This document shows, piece by piece, positions 1 to 10,696 of a stretch of DNA of 64,000 bases. This DNA is from an uncultured Eubacteriales bacterium (lineage in GTDB: Bacteria > Bacillota > Clostridia > Lachnospirales > Lachnospiraceae), in contig UQXZ01000005.1 of NCBI GenBank assembly GCA_900545225.1, positions 22,313-86,312 of the forward strand. The letters run 5' to 3'. How positions within the stretch are numbered: position 1 is the first letter of the stretch; each line of letters begins with the position of its first letter. Position numbers and translations under genes: made by a program. The notes below the pieces were generated by a model. It saw nothing but the letters and a program-made list of their open reading frames with translations. It ran no database searches and was not told where the DNA came from.

Positions 1-255
1 GATTTCCTTGCACAGTTCCAGTCAGACATACTCAGAAAAAATGTTATAAGACCGATAAATGTAGAATCTACTGCCATCGGCGCAGCATTCTTAGCAGGAC
101 TCGGAGCAGGTCTCTGGAAGAGCAAGGACGAGCTTAAGGAGCTTGTAAAGGTAGGTCAGGTATTTACACCTAACAGCTGTGAGAATAAGGCGAAAAAGAA
201 CTTAGACGGCTGGCACAGGGCAGTAGAAACCACTATAGGAAGAAAGATTAATTAA
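1..255 (+). CDS. glpK: glycerol kinase, C-terminal fragment (5' end outside window)
   Basis: Frame 1 open from base 1 to TAA 253-255. Translation ...VESTAIGAAFLAGLGAGLWKSKDEL...GWHRAVETT resembles the conserved FGGY/GlpK C-terminus. Confidence 0.8.
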   Translation, partial: DFLAQFQSDILRKNVIRPINVESTAIGAAFLAGLGAGLWKSKDELKELVKVGQVFTPNSCENKAKKNLDGWHRAVETTIGRKIN

Positions 256-287
256 GTACAGATAAAACATTTGGGAGGAGGTTTGTT

Positions 288-1373
288 ATGAGATTTGCGC
301 ATATTTCAGATATGCACCTTGGGTTGGCATTAAATGGATATTCATTTTTGGAAGATCAGAAATATATTATGGATCAGATGTCAGATATCATACTAAAAAA
401 TAATGTAGATGCGGTATTTATAAGCGGAGATATTTATGACAAACCATTTCCTCCTGAGGAAGCCGTAAGCATATTTGACCGATTCATAAGTGAAATATCA
501 AATGCAGGTAAATATATTTATGTTATACCGGGAAACCACGACAGTGCAGTAAGACTCTCATTTGGTGCGGATATTTTAAAGGGACAGAATGTATATATCG
601 CTAAGGCATACAATGGAAATGTTGAAAAATATACATTTGAAGACGAATACGGTGAAATTGGAATATTTCTCCTTCCATTTATAAAGCCGGTTGATGTGAG
701 ATCATTTTTCCCTGATAAGGAGATAAATGACAACTTCAATAAAATGATGGGAGCTGTTCTGGAAAATGTAGACGCTAATTTCCAGAAGAGAAATATCATA
801 CTTTCCCATCAGTTCCTTCAGGGTTCAAAGAGAGCCGATAACGGCAAGGTTATAACAGGTATGTACGATGCTATTAATCCTGAGGTTTATGATGGATTTG
901 ACTATGTGGCAATGGGACATTTGCACAATGAGCAGTATGTTGAGGATGGAAGAATAAGATATTGCGGAACACCGCTTAAATATTCAAAATTTGAATCTAA
1001 CTGCAGAAAGTCAATAACATTTGGTGAAATCAGAGAAAAGGGCGATTTAACCCTTTGGGATGAAGAATTATCTCCAATGAAAGATATGAGGGTAATCAGC
1101 GGAACATTTGACGAAATCAAAGACATAAAAACGGATGATTATGTTCATATTGTATTGAAGGGTCCTGATAATGATCCTGATATGTACAGCGCATTGAGAA
1201 ATAATCTCCCTAATATAATGTCATACACATGCAGCGACAATTTTGCACAGGCTGAACCTGACAATATGATAGAAAATGATACATTGTTATATTTTGAGGA
1301 ATTTTTTGCCCAGAGAATGGGCAGGGACCTCAATGAAAAGGAAAGAACAATTCTGTTAAATCTGATTAACTGA
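288..1373 (+). CDS. sbcD: Mre11-family nuclease SbcD
   Basis: 361-aa ORF with SD GGGAGGAGG upstream. Phosphoesterase motifs SDMHLG, SGDIYD, GNHD, LSHQ, GHLH. Confidence 0.85.
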   Translation: MRFAHISDMHLGLALNGYSFLEDQKYIMDQMSDIILKNNVDAVFISGDIYDKPFPPEEAVSIFDRFISEISNAGKYIYVIPGNHDSAVRLSFGADILKGQNVYIAKAYNGNVEKYTFEDEYGEIGIFLLPFIKPVDVRSFFPDKEINDNFNKMMGAVLENVDANFQKRNIILSHQFLQGSKRADNGKVITGMYDAINPEVYDGFDYVAMGHLHNEQYVEDGRIRYCGTPLKYSKFESNCRKSITFGEIREKGDLTLWDEELSPMKDMRVISGTFDEIKDIKTDDYVHIVLKGPDNDPDMYSALRNNLPNIMSYTCSDNFAQAEPDNMIENDTLLYFEEFFAQRMGRDLNEKERTILLNLIN

Positions 1374-1386
1374 GAAAGGAGGTAAA

Positions 1387-2664
1387 ATGCGACCACTTTT
1401 ATTAAAAATGAAGGCATTTGGATCTTACAATAATGAGACTGAAATCAATATGGACAGCTTCGGTAGCACAGGACTATATCTGATTACAGGAGCAACCGGT
1501 TCAGGTAAATCCACAATCATTAATGGTATCGTCTATGCATTATATGGAAAAGCATGTGATAAAAGAGATGATGTTAGAGCAAAGGGTGTTGACGATTCAG
1601 CTGAAACGGTTGATGAGCTCAGCTTTATGTGCAATGGGAAGATTTACAATATTGTAAGAAGAATCCATATAGAGGAATCTGAGCGTGTTGAAGAAGTTGC
1701 ACTTACACTTCCGGACGGCAGGGAAATACATAATTCAGACGAAGTAAATGAATACATAGTTAAGTTAATCGGACTGACTTACGAGGAGTATATAAAGGTA
1801 TGTATTTTATCTGTAGAGAAGAGTAACGGTTTCCTGGTTTCTAACGTTGAAAAGCAGAGAGAATTGCTAAGGGATATATTTAATACTGGTAAGGCTTCTG
1901 AATTACAACTTAAATTAATAATAGAAAAGTCCGTACTGACAGGTAAATATACTGAGCAAAGGCATGAACTCCTTAATATTTTAAAGAATTCCCACAATGA
2001 AAACGCTGAGGTAATACTTGAGGATGATATATATGACGGTATTAATAACAGCGTAAAAATGGACAGTAAAACCATTGAAAATGTAAATGAATTAAAGCGT
2101 GGAATATCATATATAAAGGAAGAGATAAACTCAATCGATTCTCTTTTATATGCGATGAATGAGGAAGAGAACTTAAATATCAACTATTTTGAGATATTTA
2201 TGCAGAATAATCTGATGAAGGATATTGTTGGATTTACCAATCAGTATTTATCAGAAATCACTAATAACAGATATCTGCTTAAGTTTAATTCAGAGGTGGA
2301 TAATCCTGATGTATTTGAAATAAAGGTATTTGATAATTATTCATCAACGCTCAAGGAGCTGAATGAAATATCAAATGGAGAGATGTTCCTCATTTCACTT
2401 TCATTTATTCTCGGCCTGTCAGATAAGATCCTTGCATTAAAGAAGGATATAAGTCTTGATGCGATATTTATAGATGAGGGCTTCGGTCTTCTGGACAGAC
2501 AGACATTGGACCAGACCGTAAGGGTATTACAGAGAATTACACGTAAGGATAAGCTCATCGGAATGATATCTCATGTTTCTGATTTGTATACAATGATTAC
2601 AAAGAAAATTATTGTGGATAAAGGAAGGGATGACAGCAGCATAATTACACTTGTAACCGAATAA
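1387..2664 (+). CDS. short Rad50/SbcC-like ABC ATPase (no zinc hook)
   Basis: SD AAGGAGG. Walker A GATGSGKST, signature-like ISNGE, Walker B IFIDEGFGLLD, H-loop ISHV. Only 425 aa, with about 100 aa between the two ATPase lobes. Confidence 0.7.
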   Translation: MRPLLLKMKAFGSYNNETEINMDSFGSTGLYLITGATGSGKSTIINGIVYALYGKACDKRDDVRAKGVDDSAETVDELSFMCNGKIYNIVRRIHIEESERVEEVALTLPDGREIHNSDEVNEYIVKLIGLTYEEYIKVCILSVEKSNGFLVSNVEKQRELLRDIFNTGKASELQLKLIIEKSVLTGKYTEQRHELLNILKNSHNENAEVILEDDIYDGINNSVKMDSKTIENVNELKRGISYIKEEINSIDSLLYAMNEEENLNINYFEIFMQNNLMKDIVGFTNQYLSEITNNRYLLKFNSEVDNPDVFEIKVFDNYSSTLKELNEISNGEMFLISLSFILGLSDKILALKKDISLDAIFIDEGFGLLDRQTLDQTVRVLQRITRKDKLIGMISHVSDLYTMITKKIIVDKGRDDSSIITLVTE

Positions 2665-2776
2665 TATGAATGTAATTAGAAATACTGTTGATTTTATTAA
2701 CCTTTATACATAAAAAACGCACTTAAATAAAGATAAAAAGTAAATAACATAAAAGTTAAGAAAGTATTAAATTTCC

Positions 2777-2805
2777 TTGCTTTTTTGGGCATTTTCTTGT
2801 ATATT
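2777..2805 (+). promoter_or_regulatory. candidate sigma-A promoter of the atp operon
   Basis: TTGCTT (2777-2782), 17-nt spacer, TG-extended TATATT (2800-2805), about 60 nt upstream of atpB. Confidence 0.4.
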
Positions 2806-2865
2806 CATTACATATTGTTCAGCATTTTTAGAAACTATAAAAAAAAAGGAGATGAGACTTAAGTT

Positions 2866-3543
2866 ATGGAAAATTTAGGTGCAGAGCTCTCGCACGAACT
2901 GCAAGTTGAAAAGTTATTTTCTTTCAACATTGGTGGATTCCAGGCAGACATAAGTGAGTCCATAGTTGTAAGCTGGATCGTAATGGGCGTTTTAATCGTT
3001 CTTGCAATCATCATTACAGCAGGATTTAGAGTGCGTAAGCTATCCGGAAGACAAGTTCTTGCGGAAGGTTACTATAACCATTTCTATGGAATGGTAAAAA
3101 ACATGCTTAACCATGAGTCAATGGGTTATGCGCCATATATTTGTTCAGTTCTTTTCTTTATCGGACTTAGCAACATATTTGGTATCTTTGGTTTTAAACC
3201 ACCTACAAAGGATATTAACGTTACAGCGGCGCTTGCTTTAATGAGTATCGTTCTCGTACAGGTTGCATCAATACGTAATAATGGTGTAGGCGGATGGTTA
3301 AAGGGATTTGGTAAGAACCCTATGAATATCTTAGAGTTATTCACAAGACCTTTATCACTCGCAATGCGACTTTTCGGTAACGTACTTGGAGCATTCGTTG
3401 TTATGGAGCTTATCCATATCGTAATTCCTGTTGGTGCGCCAGCAGTAGTAAGTTTATACTTCGATATTTTCGATGGATTACTCCAGGCATATGTATTTAC
3501 ATTCTTAACATCTTTGTTCATTTCAGAGACAGCAGAAGAGTAA
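2866..3543 (+). CDS. atpB: F0 ATP synthase subunit a
   Basis: Polytopic 225-aa ORF, SD AAGGAG. Conserved a-subunit stretch LSLAMRLFGNVLGAF carrying the essential Arg. First gene of the atp cluster. Confidence 0.9.
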   Translation: MENLGAELSHELQVEKLFSFNIGGFQADISESIVVSWIVMGVLIVLAIIITAGFRVRKLSGRQVLAEGYYNHFYGMVKNMLNHESMGYAPYICSVLFFIGLSNIFGIFGFKPPTKDINVTAALALMSIVLVQVASIRNNGVGGWLKGFGKNPMNILELFTRPLSLAMRLFGNVLGAFVVMELIHIVIPVGAPAVVSLYFDIFDGLLQAYVFTFLTSLFISETAEE

Positions 3544-3654
3544 ATAAAAAATCACAATCAGCTGGACATAATATACAAACAAGTTTTGCTTTGTAAACAC
3601 TGTAACTATTAATTTCATCATTATTTAACATTTTTAATTTAAAGGAGATTTATT

Positions 3655-3879
3655 ATGGGAGCATTAGCACTTGGAGCAGGTCTTGCAGTTATGGCAGGTA
3701 TTGGAGCCGGTATTTCTATCGGTATGGCAACTGGTAAAGCAACAGAGGCTGTAGCTAGACAGCCAGAAGCAGCTGGTAACATCCGTTCAACACTTATTCT
3801 TGGTTCAGCTCTTGCCGAGGCAACAGCTATCTACGGTTTCGTAGTTGCGCTTCTTATCATCATCATGTTAGGTCAGTAA
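3655..3879 (+). CDS. atpE: F0 ATP synthase subunit c
   Basis: 74-aa two-helix proteolipid. Gly-rich helix 1 (GIGAGISIG), polar loop RQPE, carboxylate in [11 protein letters not shown]. No Gln/Ser Na+ motif evident. Confidence 0.9.
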   Translation: MGALALGAGLAVMAGIGAGISIGMATGKATEAVARQPEAAGNIRSTLILGSALAEATAIYGFVVALLIIIMLGQ

Positions 3880-3922
3880 TTATTTAATTGATCGATAAGA
3901 AGCTAGAGGAGGTTTGTTATAT

Positions 3923-4414
3923 ATGTTAGAGTTCAACATAACAAGTATAATTTTTACAGTTATTAACGTAATAATTATTTATATAATTCTTAACTTCATG
4001 TTATTCAGAAAAATGAATAAGAACTTCGCAAGAAGAGCAGCAGCTATTGACGCAGCTTTCGAAGAAGCAGCAGAAAAGGGCAAGCAGGCTGATGAAGTTG
4101 CAGCTGACTACACACAGAAGATTGCAGCTGTAGAAGTTAAGGAAGCTGAGGTTCTTAAGGAAGCTAGAGTTAAGGCTGACGAAGAAGCTAAGAAGATTAC
4201 AGATGCAGCTCATGATCAGGCTACAAAGATTGTAGAAGATGCTAGAGACGCAGCTGTAGCACAGAAGAATCAGATTATGAGCAAGGCTGAAAAGCAGCTC
4301 GCTGACATGGTTGTAGAAGCTACATCTAAGCTTGTAGCTAATCAGAAGGGTGCAGACGTAGATGCAGCACTTTTCGATGAGTTCTTAAATAATAAAGCAG
4401 GTGATAAACAGTGA
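3923..4414 (+). CDS. atpF: F0 ATP synthase subunit b
   Basis: One N-terminal TM segment, then a long A/E/K-rich helix. Start moved to ATG 3923 (SD AGAGGAGG about 10 nt upstream); the track start 3914 is a TTG abutting the SD. Its TGA overlaps the GTG of the next gene (GTGA). Confidence 0.85.
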   Translation: MLEFNITSIIFTVINVIIIYIILNFMLFRKMNKNFARRAAAIDAAFEEAAEKGKQADEVAADYTQKIAAVEVKEAEVLKEARVKADEEAKKITDAAHDQATKIVEDARDAAVAQKNQIMSKAEKQLADMVVEATSKLVANQKGADVDAALFDEFLNNKAGDKQ

Positions 4415-6195
4415 AAGATGTTGATATGAACCAGATTCGTTCAGCAACTATAACTTATGTTACTAAGCCTACTGACAATCAGTTAGCAGGCATTAAAAAG
4501 TTTATTGCTGATCAGCTTGATGTTAATGTTGATGAGCTTGACATTAACTTAGTTCAGGACAGCTCTATCGGAAGTGGTTTCGTAGTTCGCGCAGGCAACC
4601 ACGAATACGACTGGAGTGAGAAAGCTCGTATTGAACAGCTATCAGAAAAACTTAAGAGTGGTTTAAAAGACGGTCTTGATCCAGAGAACATGCTCTCTAA
4701 TCTTCAGTCTGAACTTGAGAACTTCACTCTTAACAGAGCTGATAGAGAAGTCGGCGTTGTTATCAGCGTAGCCGACGGTACAGCCAATGTAGTTGGCATT
4801 AACCATGCATTCTATGGCGAAATCGTTATCTTCGACGGTGGTGTTAAGGGTATGGTACTCGACATCAGAAGAGAAGACATCGGTGTTATCCTTCTTGACA
4901 GCGAAGCTGGTCTTAGAGAAGGTAGTACAGTTGTAAGAACAGGTAAGTCAGCAAGTATTCCTGTAGGTGAAGAATTCCTCGGAAGAGTTGTTAATCCACT
5001 CGGTGAGCCTATTGATGGTCTTGGCGACATTAACAACGAAGGATACAGACCTATCGAATACAAGGCACCTTCTATCGTAGACAGACAGCCTGTTTCTGTA
5101 CCAATGCAGACAGGTATCCTTTCAATTGACGCTATGTTCCCTATCGCTAGAGGACAGAGAGAGTTAATTATCGGTGACCGTCAGACAGGTAAGACATCTA
5201 TTGCAACAGATACAATCCTTAGCCAGAGAGGTAACGGAGTTATCTGTATCTATGTTGCAATCGGTCAGAAGGCTTCAACTGTAGCAAAGCTTGCTAACAC
5301 ACTTAAGCAGGCAGGTGCTATGGAGCAGACAATCATCGTCTCTGCAACAGCATCTGATCCAGCTTCACTTCAGTACATCGCTCCTTACGCTGGTACAGCT
5401 CTTGCTGAGCACTTCATGTATCAGGGTAAAGATGTACTTATCATCTATGATGATTTATCAAAGCAGGCTGTAGCATACAGAGCTATCTCACTTCTTCTTG
5501 GAAGATCTCCAGGTCGTGAGGCTTATCCTGGTGACGTATTCTACTTACATTCAAGACTTCTTGAGCGTTCTGCTCGTTTATCACAGAAGGCTGGTGGCGG
5601 TTCAATAACAGCACTTCCTATTATTGAAACACTTGCTGGTGATATTTCAGCATACGTTCCAACAAACGTTATTTCCATCACTGATGGACAGATCTTCCTT
5701 GAGAGTGAATTATTCTTCTCAGGTCAGAGACCAGCGGTTAACGTAGGTCTTTCTGTTTCTCGAGTTGGTGGTGCTGCTCAGACAAAGGCTATGAAGAAGG
5801 CTTCAGGTTCACTTCGTGTGGATCTTGCACAGTATAGAGAAATGGAAGTGTTTACACAGTTCTCTTCAGATCTTGATGACAAGACAAAGGCACAGCTTCA
5901 TTATGGACGTTCTCTTATGGAACTCCTTAAACAGCCTCTTGGACATCCAGCATCAATGGTAGATCAGGTTATTACACTTGTTGCGGCTACTGCAAGAATC
6001 TTTGCTGACCTTGAAGTTAAAGACATTAAGCCTTTCCAGGGAAGAATGCTCGACTACTTCCACACTGAATGTTCTGATATTGTTAGCGCAATTGAGACTT
6101 CAGGTGTTCTTGAAGGTGATGTTCGTGACTCAATCGTTGAAGCAGCAAAAGCTTTCAAGGCAAAGGATGTTACTTCTAGCGAAGTAGAAGCTTAA
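4411..6195 (+). CDS. atpA: F1 ATP synthase alpha subunit with an N-terminal delta(OSCP) C-terminal-domain-like extension
   Basis: Residues from about 94 onward align with alpha (GDRQTGKT Walker A, typical beta-barrel start). Residues 1-85 carry the delta C-terminal signature SSIGSGFVVRAGNHEYDWSEKARIEQLSEKL. GTG start overlaps the atpF stop. Confidence 0.85.
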   Translation: MKDVDMNQIRSATITYVTKPTDNQLAGIKKFIADQLDVNVDELDINLVQDSSIGSGFVVRAGNHEYDWSEKARIEQLSEKLKSGLKDGLDPENMLSNLQSELENFTLNRADREVGVVISVADGTANVVGINHAFYGEIVIFDGGVKGMVLDIRREDIGVILLDSEAGLREGSTVVRTGKSASIPVGEEFLGRVVNPLGEPIDGLGDINNEGYRPIEYKAPSIVDRQPVSVPMQTGILSIDAMFPIARGQRELIIGDRQTGKTSIATDTILSQRGNGVICIYVAIGQKASTVAKLANTLKQAGAMEQTIIVSATASDPASLQYIAPYAGTALAEHFMYQGKDVLIIYDDLSKQAVAYRAISLLLGRSPGREAYPGDVFYLHSRLLERSARLSQKAGGGSITALPIIETLAGDISAYVPTNVISITDGQIFLESELFFSGQRPAVNVGLSVSRVGGAAQTKAMKKASGSLRVDLAQYREMEVFTQFSSDLDDKTKAQLHYGRSLMELLKQPLGHPASMVDQVITLVAATARIFADLEVKDIKPFQGRMLDYFHTECSDIVSAIETSGVLEGDVRDSIVEAAKAFKAKDVTSSEVEA

Positions 6196-6215
6196 TTTGA
6201 CTCGGAGGATGTATA

Positions 6216-7178
6216 ATGCCTAGTGCTAAAGAGATAAAGAGTAAGATGCGTGGTGTACGTGACACTATGAAGATCACAAAAGCCATGTATATGATCTCTA
6301 CTATTAATATGCGCAAGGCTAAGCATCAATTGGAGGCTACAGAGCCTTATTTCTACGGTTTACAGCAGACAATGATGAAGATCCTTAAGAAGTTCCCTAA
6401 CATCAAGAGTGAATTCTTTGGTGATAGATACGACGATAATGATCATTTAATCAATGAAGGTAAACCTAAAAAAGTAGGCTACTTAGTTCTTTCTTCCGAT
6501 AGAGGTTTGGCTGGAGCGTACAATCTTAATATATTTAACGTTGTCGAGGCAAATATTGCCGGTAAGACAAAGGATGAATATGAATTATTTGTTGTAGGTG
6601 AGCTTGGATTACATACTCTAGCCGGCAGAGGATATAACGTAAATATGGATTTCCACAACACAGTAACAAAGCCTAGCTTGGAAAGAGTTAGATTACTTGC
6701 TGAGGAATTAATCCAGAAATATCTTTCCGGTGAATTAGATGAAATTAAAGTAATCTACACAAGAATGATAAATACAATGGAAGTTACTGTTGATATGCAG
6801 CAGATTCTTCCATTCTCAAGAGAAGACTTCATTACAATTGACCATAAGAAGGTTCCTAAGGCAGCGTTCTCTTCTTCATTAGCTGAAGGCATGAAAGATG
6901 AATCTGAATATCCTGTATATCCAGATCCACATGTTGTTCTCGATGAAGTTGTTAGAAACTACGTAATTGGTTTCTTATATGGTACATTTGTAGAAGCAAC
7001 TGCATGTGAAGAAAATTCACGTATGACTGCAATGAAAACTGCTACAGATAATGCTAAGGATCTCTTAGGAGTTCTTACAATTAAGTACAACAGAGTACGT
7101 CAGGCTGCTATCACTCAGCAGATTACTGAAATATCATCTGGAGCAAGAGCATTGAGAAGAAAAAAGAATCAAAGTTGA
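6216..7178 (+). CDS. atpG: F1 ATP synthase gamma subunit
   Basis: 320 aa, SD GGAGGA. Conserved N-terminus IKSKMRGVRDTMKITKAM and C-terminus RQAAITQQITEISSGA. Confidence 0.9.
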   Translation: MPSAKEIKSKMRGVRDTMKITKAMYMISTINMRKAKHQLEATEPYFYGLQQTMMKILKKFPNIKSEFFGDRYDDNDHLINEGKPKKVGYLVLSSDRGLAGAYNLNIFNVVEANIAGKTKDEYELFVVGELGLHTLAGRGYNVNMDFHNTVTKPSLERVRLLAEELIQKYLSGELDEIKVIYTRMINTMEVTVDMQQILPFSREDFITIDHKKVPKAAFSSSLAEGMKDESEYPVYPDPHVVLDEVVRNYVIGFLYGTFVEATACEENSRMTAMKTATDNAKDLLGVLTIKYNRVRQAAITQQITEISSGARALRRKKNQS

Positions 7179-7182
7179 ATGA

Positions 7183-8607
<1,425 letters not shown>

Positions 8608-8622
8608 GTGAGGTGAATGATA

Positions 8623-9027
8623 ATGGCTTCATTTTCATTAAAGATCCTTGCATGCGACAGATTATTCTTCGAGGGTGAATGTGACAAGCTCATATTCCCA
8701 GCCTACGACGGTGACGTTGAAATTCTCGCTAACCACGAGCAGCTTACAGCACAGATTGCAATCGGTGAATTGAGATATGTTGCTACAGGCGTAAGTGATT
8801 GGCAGAAAGCAGTAGTTTCAGGTGGTATTGTTACAGTTGATAACAACGTTGTTACTGTAATAGTATATTCAGCTGAAAAGCCTGAAGAAATTGATGCTGC
8901 AAGGGCAAGAGCTGCGAAGGAAAAAGCTGAAGCAGAGCTTAAAGAAAAACAGAGTGGTATCGATAGAAGAATCTCTAGTGACTCACTTAACCGTGCTGTA
9001 CAGAGACTTCGTTCTTCAGGAAACTAA
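8623..9027 (+). CDS. atpC: F1 ATP synthase epsilon subunit
   Basis: Last gene of the atp cluster: beta-sandwich region plus a helical A/E/K tail. Start set to ATG 8623 (SD GAGGTG 7 nt upstream); the track start 8617 lies 1 nt after the SD. Confidence 0.85.
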   Translation: MASFSLKILACDRLFFEGECDKLIFPAYDGDVEILANHEQLTAQIAIGELRYVATGVSDWQKAVVSGGIVTVDNNVVTVIVYSAEKPEEIDAARARAAKEKAEAELKEKQSGIDRRISSDSLNRAVQRLRSSGN

Positions 9028-9057
9028 TTTAGTTTTCCAATACTACTAAATATAAAA

Positions 9058-9097
9058 AAGACGGTTACTTTATATAAAGTAGCCGTCTTTTTATTTT
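9058..9097 (+). terminator. rho-independent terminator of the atp operon
   Basis: 11-bp stem AAGACGGTTAC/GTAGCCGTCTT followed by a T-run. Confidence 0.75.
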
Positions 9098-9262
9098 GAA
9101 ATATAATTTAAATTACACCAGAGTCTGTTATCTGAATAAAATCAATATCATGTTGAAATGCTATAATTTCCTAAAAAAATATATTACATTGAGATTAGGT
9201 GTAAATAGTTATATAGTATACATGTAACGGTATATTGAATTTCCAAGGTATAGGAGAATAAT

Positions 9263-10204
9263 ATGGAGGAAATAAGCAGTTTTTTTCAAGGAGGCTTTGC
9301 GAACTTCTTTACTAAAGCTGGCGACTGGATTGTCGAGTTTGCCATTAATATCATAATTGCAATTCTCGTATATATTGTCGGCAGATTGTTAATAACATGG
9401 TTCGTTAACAGATTCCTTACTAAATTTTTAAAGAGATCAAGAATTGATGTAGATGTACACAGATTTATTAAAACAACTGTTAAAGTAGTTCTGTATATTG
9501 TCTTATTCCTTGGAATCATAGGAATACTCGGATTCCAGACATCTTCTCTTGTAGCACTTTTAGGTTCTGCAGGTCTGGCTGTTGGTATGTCGCTTCAGGG
9601 AAGCTTATCAAACTTTGCCGGAGGATTATTACTTCTTACATTTAAGCCATTTAAAAAAGGTGACTATATATCTGCAAATGGTGTAGAAGGTGAAGTTGTA
9701 GCTGTCAGTATGCTCTATACTAAGTTGAAAACACTGGACAGTAAGGGCGTTTCATTACCAAATGGTAAGCTTGCCAACACTGAGATTGTAAACTGGGATT
9801 CTGAGCCTATTAGAAGAGTAGAGGTAGAGTTTGTAGTTCCATATGAGTACAATTTAAAACATCTCAAGGATCTCATGTATGAGGCGATGATCCAGAATGA
9901 ATATATTTTAAAGGATCAGCCAATAGATACAGTAATTAAAAATCTTGATGCATATGGTATCCGTATCAGAAATACTGCATATTGTGATCCTAAGAAGTAC
10001 TGGTCTGCTTACTTCAGAATGAATGATTTAATAGACCAGCAGATTGTTAATAATAACATCGAGCTTCGTATCGACCAGGTTACAGTTCATTTAAAGGATA
10101 GTAAGGACGATGGATACAAGGTAAATGCAAATACACAGGTCGAAGAGAAAGACAGTAAGAAGAAAAAGGACAACGACATTATAGAGAGTGATTATATTAA
10201 ATAA
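9263..10204 (+). CDS. MscS-family mechanosensitive channel
   Basis: Three N-terminal TM segments, then the conserved pore/beta-domain pattern (GSAGLAVGMSLQGSLSNFAGGLLLL, KPFKKGDYI). Confidence 0.8.
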   Translation: MEEISSFFQGGFANFFTKAGDWIVEFAINIIIAILVYIVGRLLITWFVNRFLTKFLKRSRIDVDVHRFIKTTVKVVLYIVLFLGIIGILGFQTSSLVALLGSAGLAVGMSLQGSLSNFAGGLLLLTFKPFKKGDYISANGVEGEVVAVSMLYTKLKTLDSKGVSLPNGKLANTEIVNWDSEPIRRVEVEFVVPYEYNLKHLKDLMYEAMIQNEYILKDQPIDTVIKNLDAYGIRIRNTAYCDPKKYWSAYFRMNDLIDQQIVNNNIELRIDQVTVHLKDSKDDGYKVNANTQVEEKDSKKKKDNDIIESDYIK

Positions 10205-10293
10205 TTATTTTTAAATGTTTAATACAGCTCCTTATAAATACACATAAACGAATAGCATTTGCATAAAAATAAACTATGTCAATGATGTAAAAA

Positions 10294-10331
10294 CCCCCGA
10301 AAGTCAGGCGTAAAAATCTGACTTCCGGGGG
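10294..10331 (-). terminator. GC-rich hairpin with a T-run only on the minus strand (orphan)
   Basis: CCCCCGAAAGTCAG/CTGACTTCCGGGGG. The T-run exists only on the reverse complement, and no minus-strand gene lies upstream of it. Confidence 0.3.
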
Positions 10332-10378
10332 GTTCATCATATTATGTGATGTTTTTGATTTAAAGCCATCTCATATCG

Positions 10379-10407
10379 TTGACATAGTTTTTTATTTACT
10401 ATATTAT
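10379..10407 (+). promoter_or_regulatory. candidate promoter of ireB-ruvX
   Basis: TTGACA (10379-10384), 17-nt spacer, TATTAT (10402-10407). Confidence 0.4.
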
Positions 10408-10437
10408 CAATAGTATTAGTAGAGAGGACGTGAAATA

Positions 10438-10695
10438 ATGTTAGATAAGAATACACATTTATTTGATAAGCAGGTAGAAAATCCAATATCAGTAGAAGAT
10501 ATTTTACAGCAGGTTTATATTGCTCTTAAGGATAAGGGATATAACCCGGTTAATCAGATAGTCGGATATATTATGTCAGGTGACCCTACATATATTACAA
10601 GTTACAACAATGCAAGAAGCCTTATTATGAAGGTTGAAAGAGATGAGCTTGTAGAAGAGGTTCTTAAGTATTTCATAAAGGGTAAAGGACTTTAA
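10438..10695 (+). CDS. ireB: IreB-family regulatory phosphoprotein (UPF0297)
   Basis: 85 aa with the family motif GYNPVNQIVGYIMSGDPTYITSYNNARSLI. Immediately followed by ruvX, as in other Firmicutes. Confidence 0.8.
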   Translation: MLDKNTHLFDKQVENPISVEDILQQVYIALKDKGYNPVNQIVGYIMSGDPTYITSYNNARSLIMKVERDELVEEVLKYFIKGKGL

Positions 10696-10696
10696 T

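Noticed and set aside
5291-6187. Alternative-frame + strand ORFs inside atpA (5291-5473, 5978-6187), and similar ones in atpD, ilvC, the U32 genes and others.
   Set aside because: They are embedded in strongly supported genes, short, without SD, and of repetitive Leu/Ser/Gln composition.
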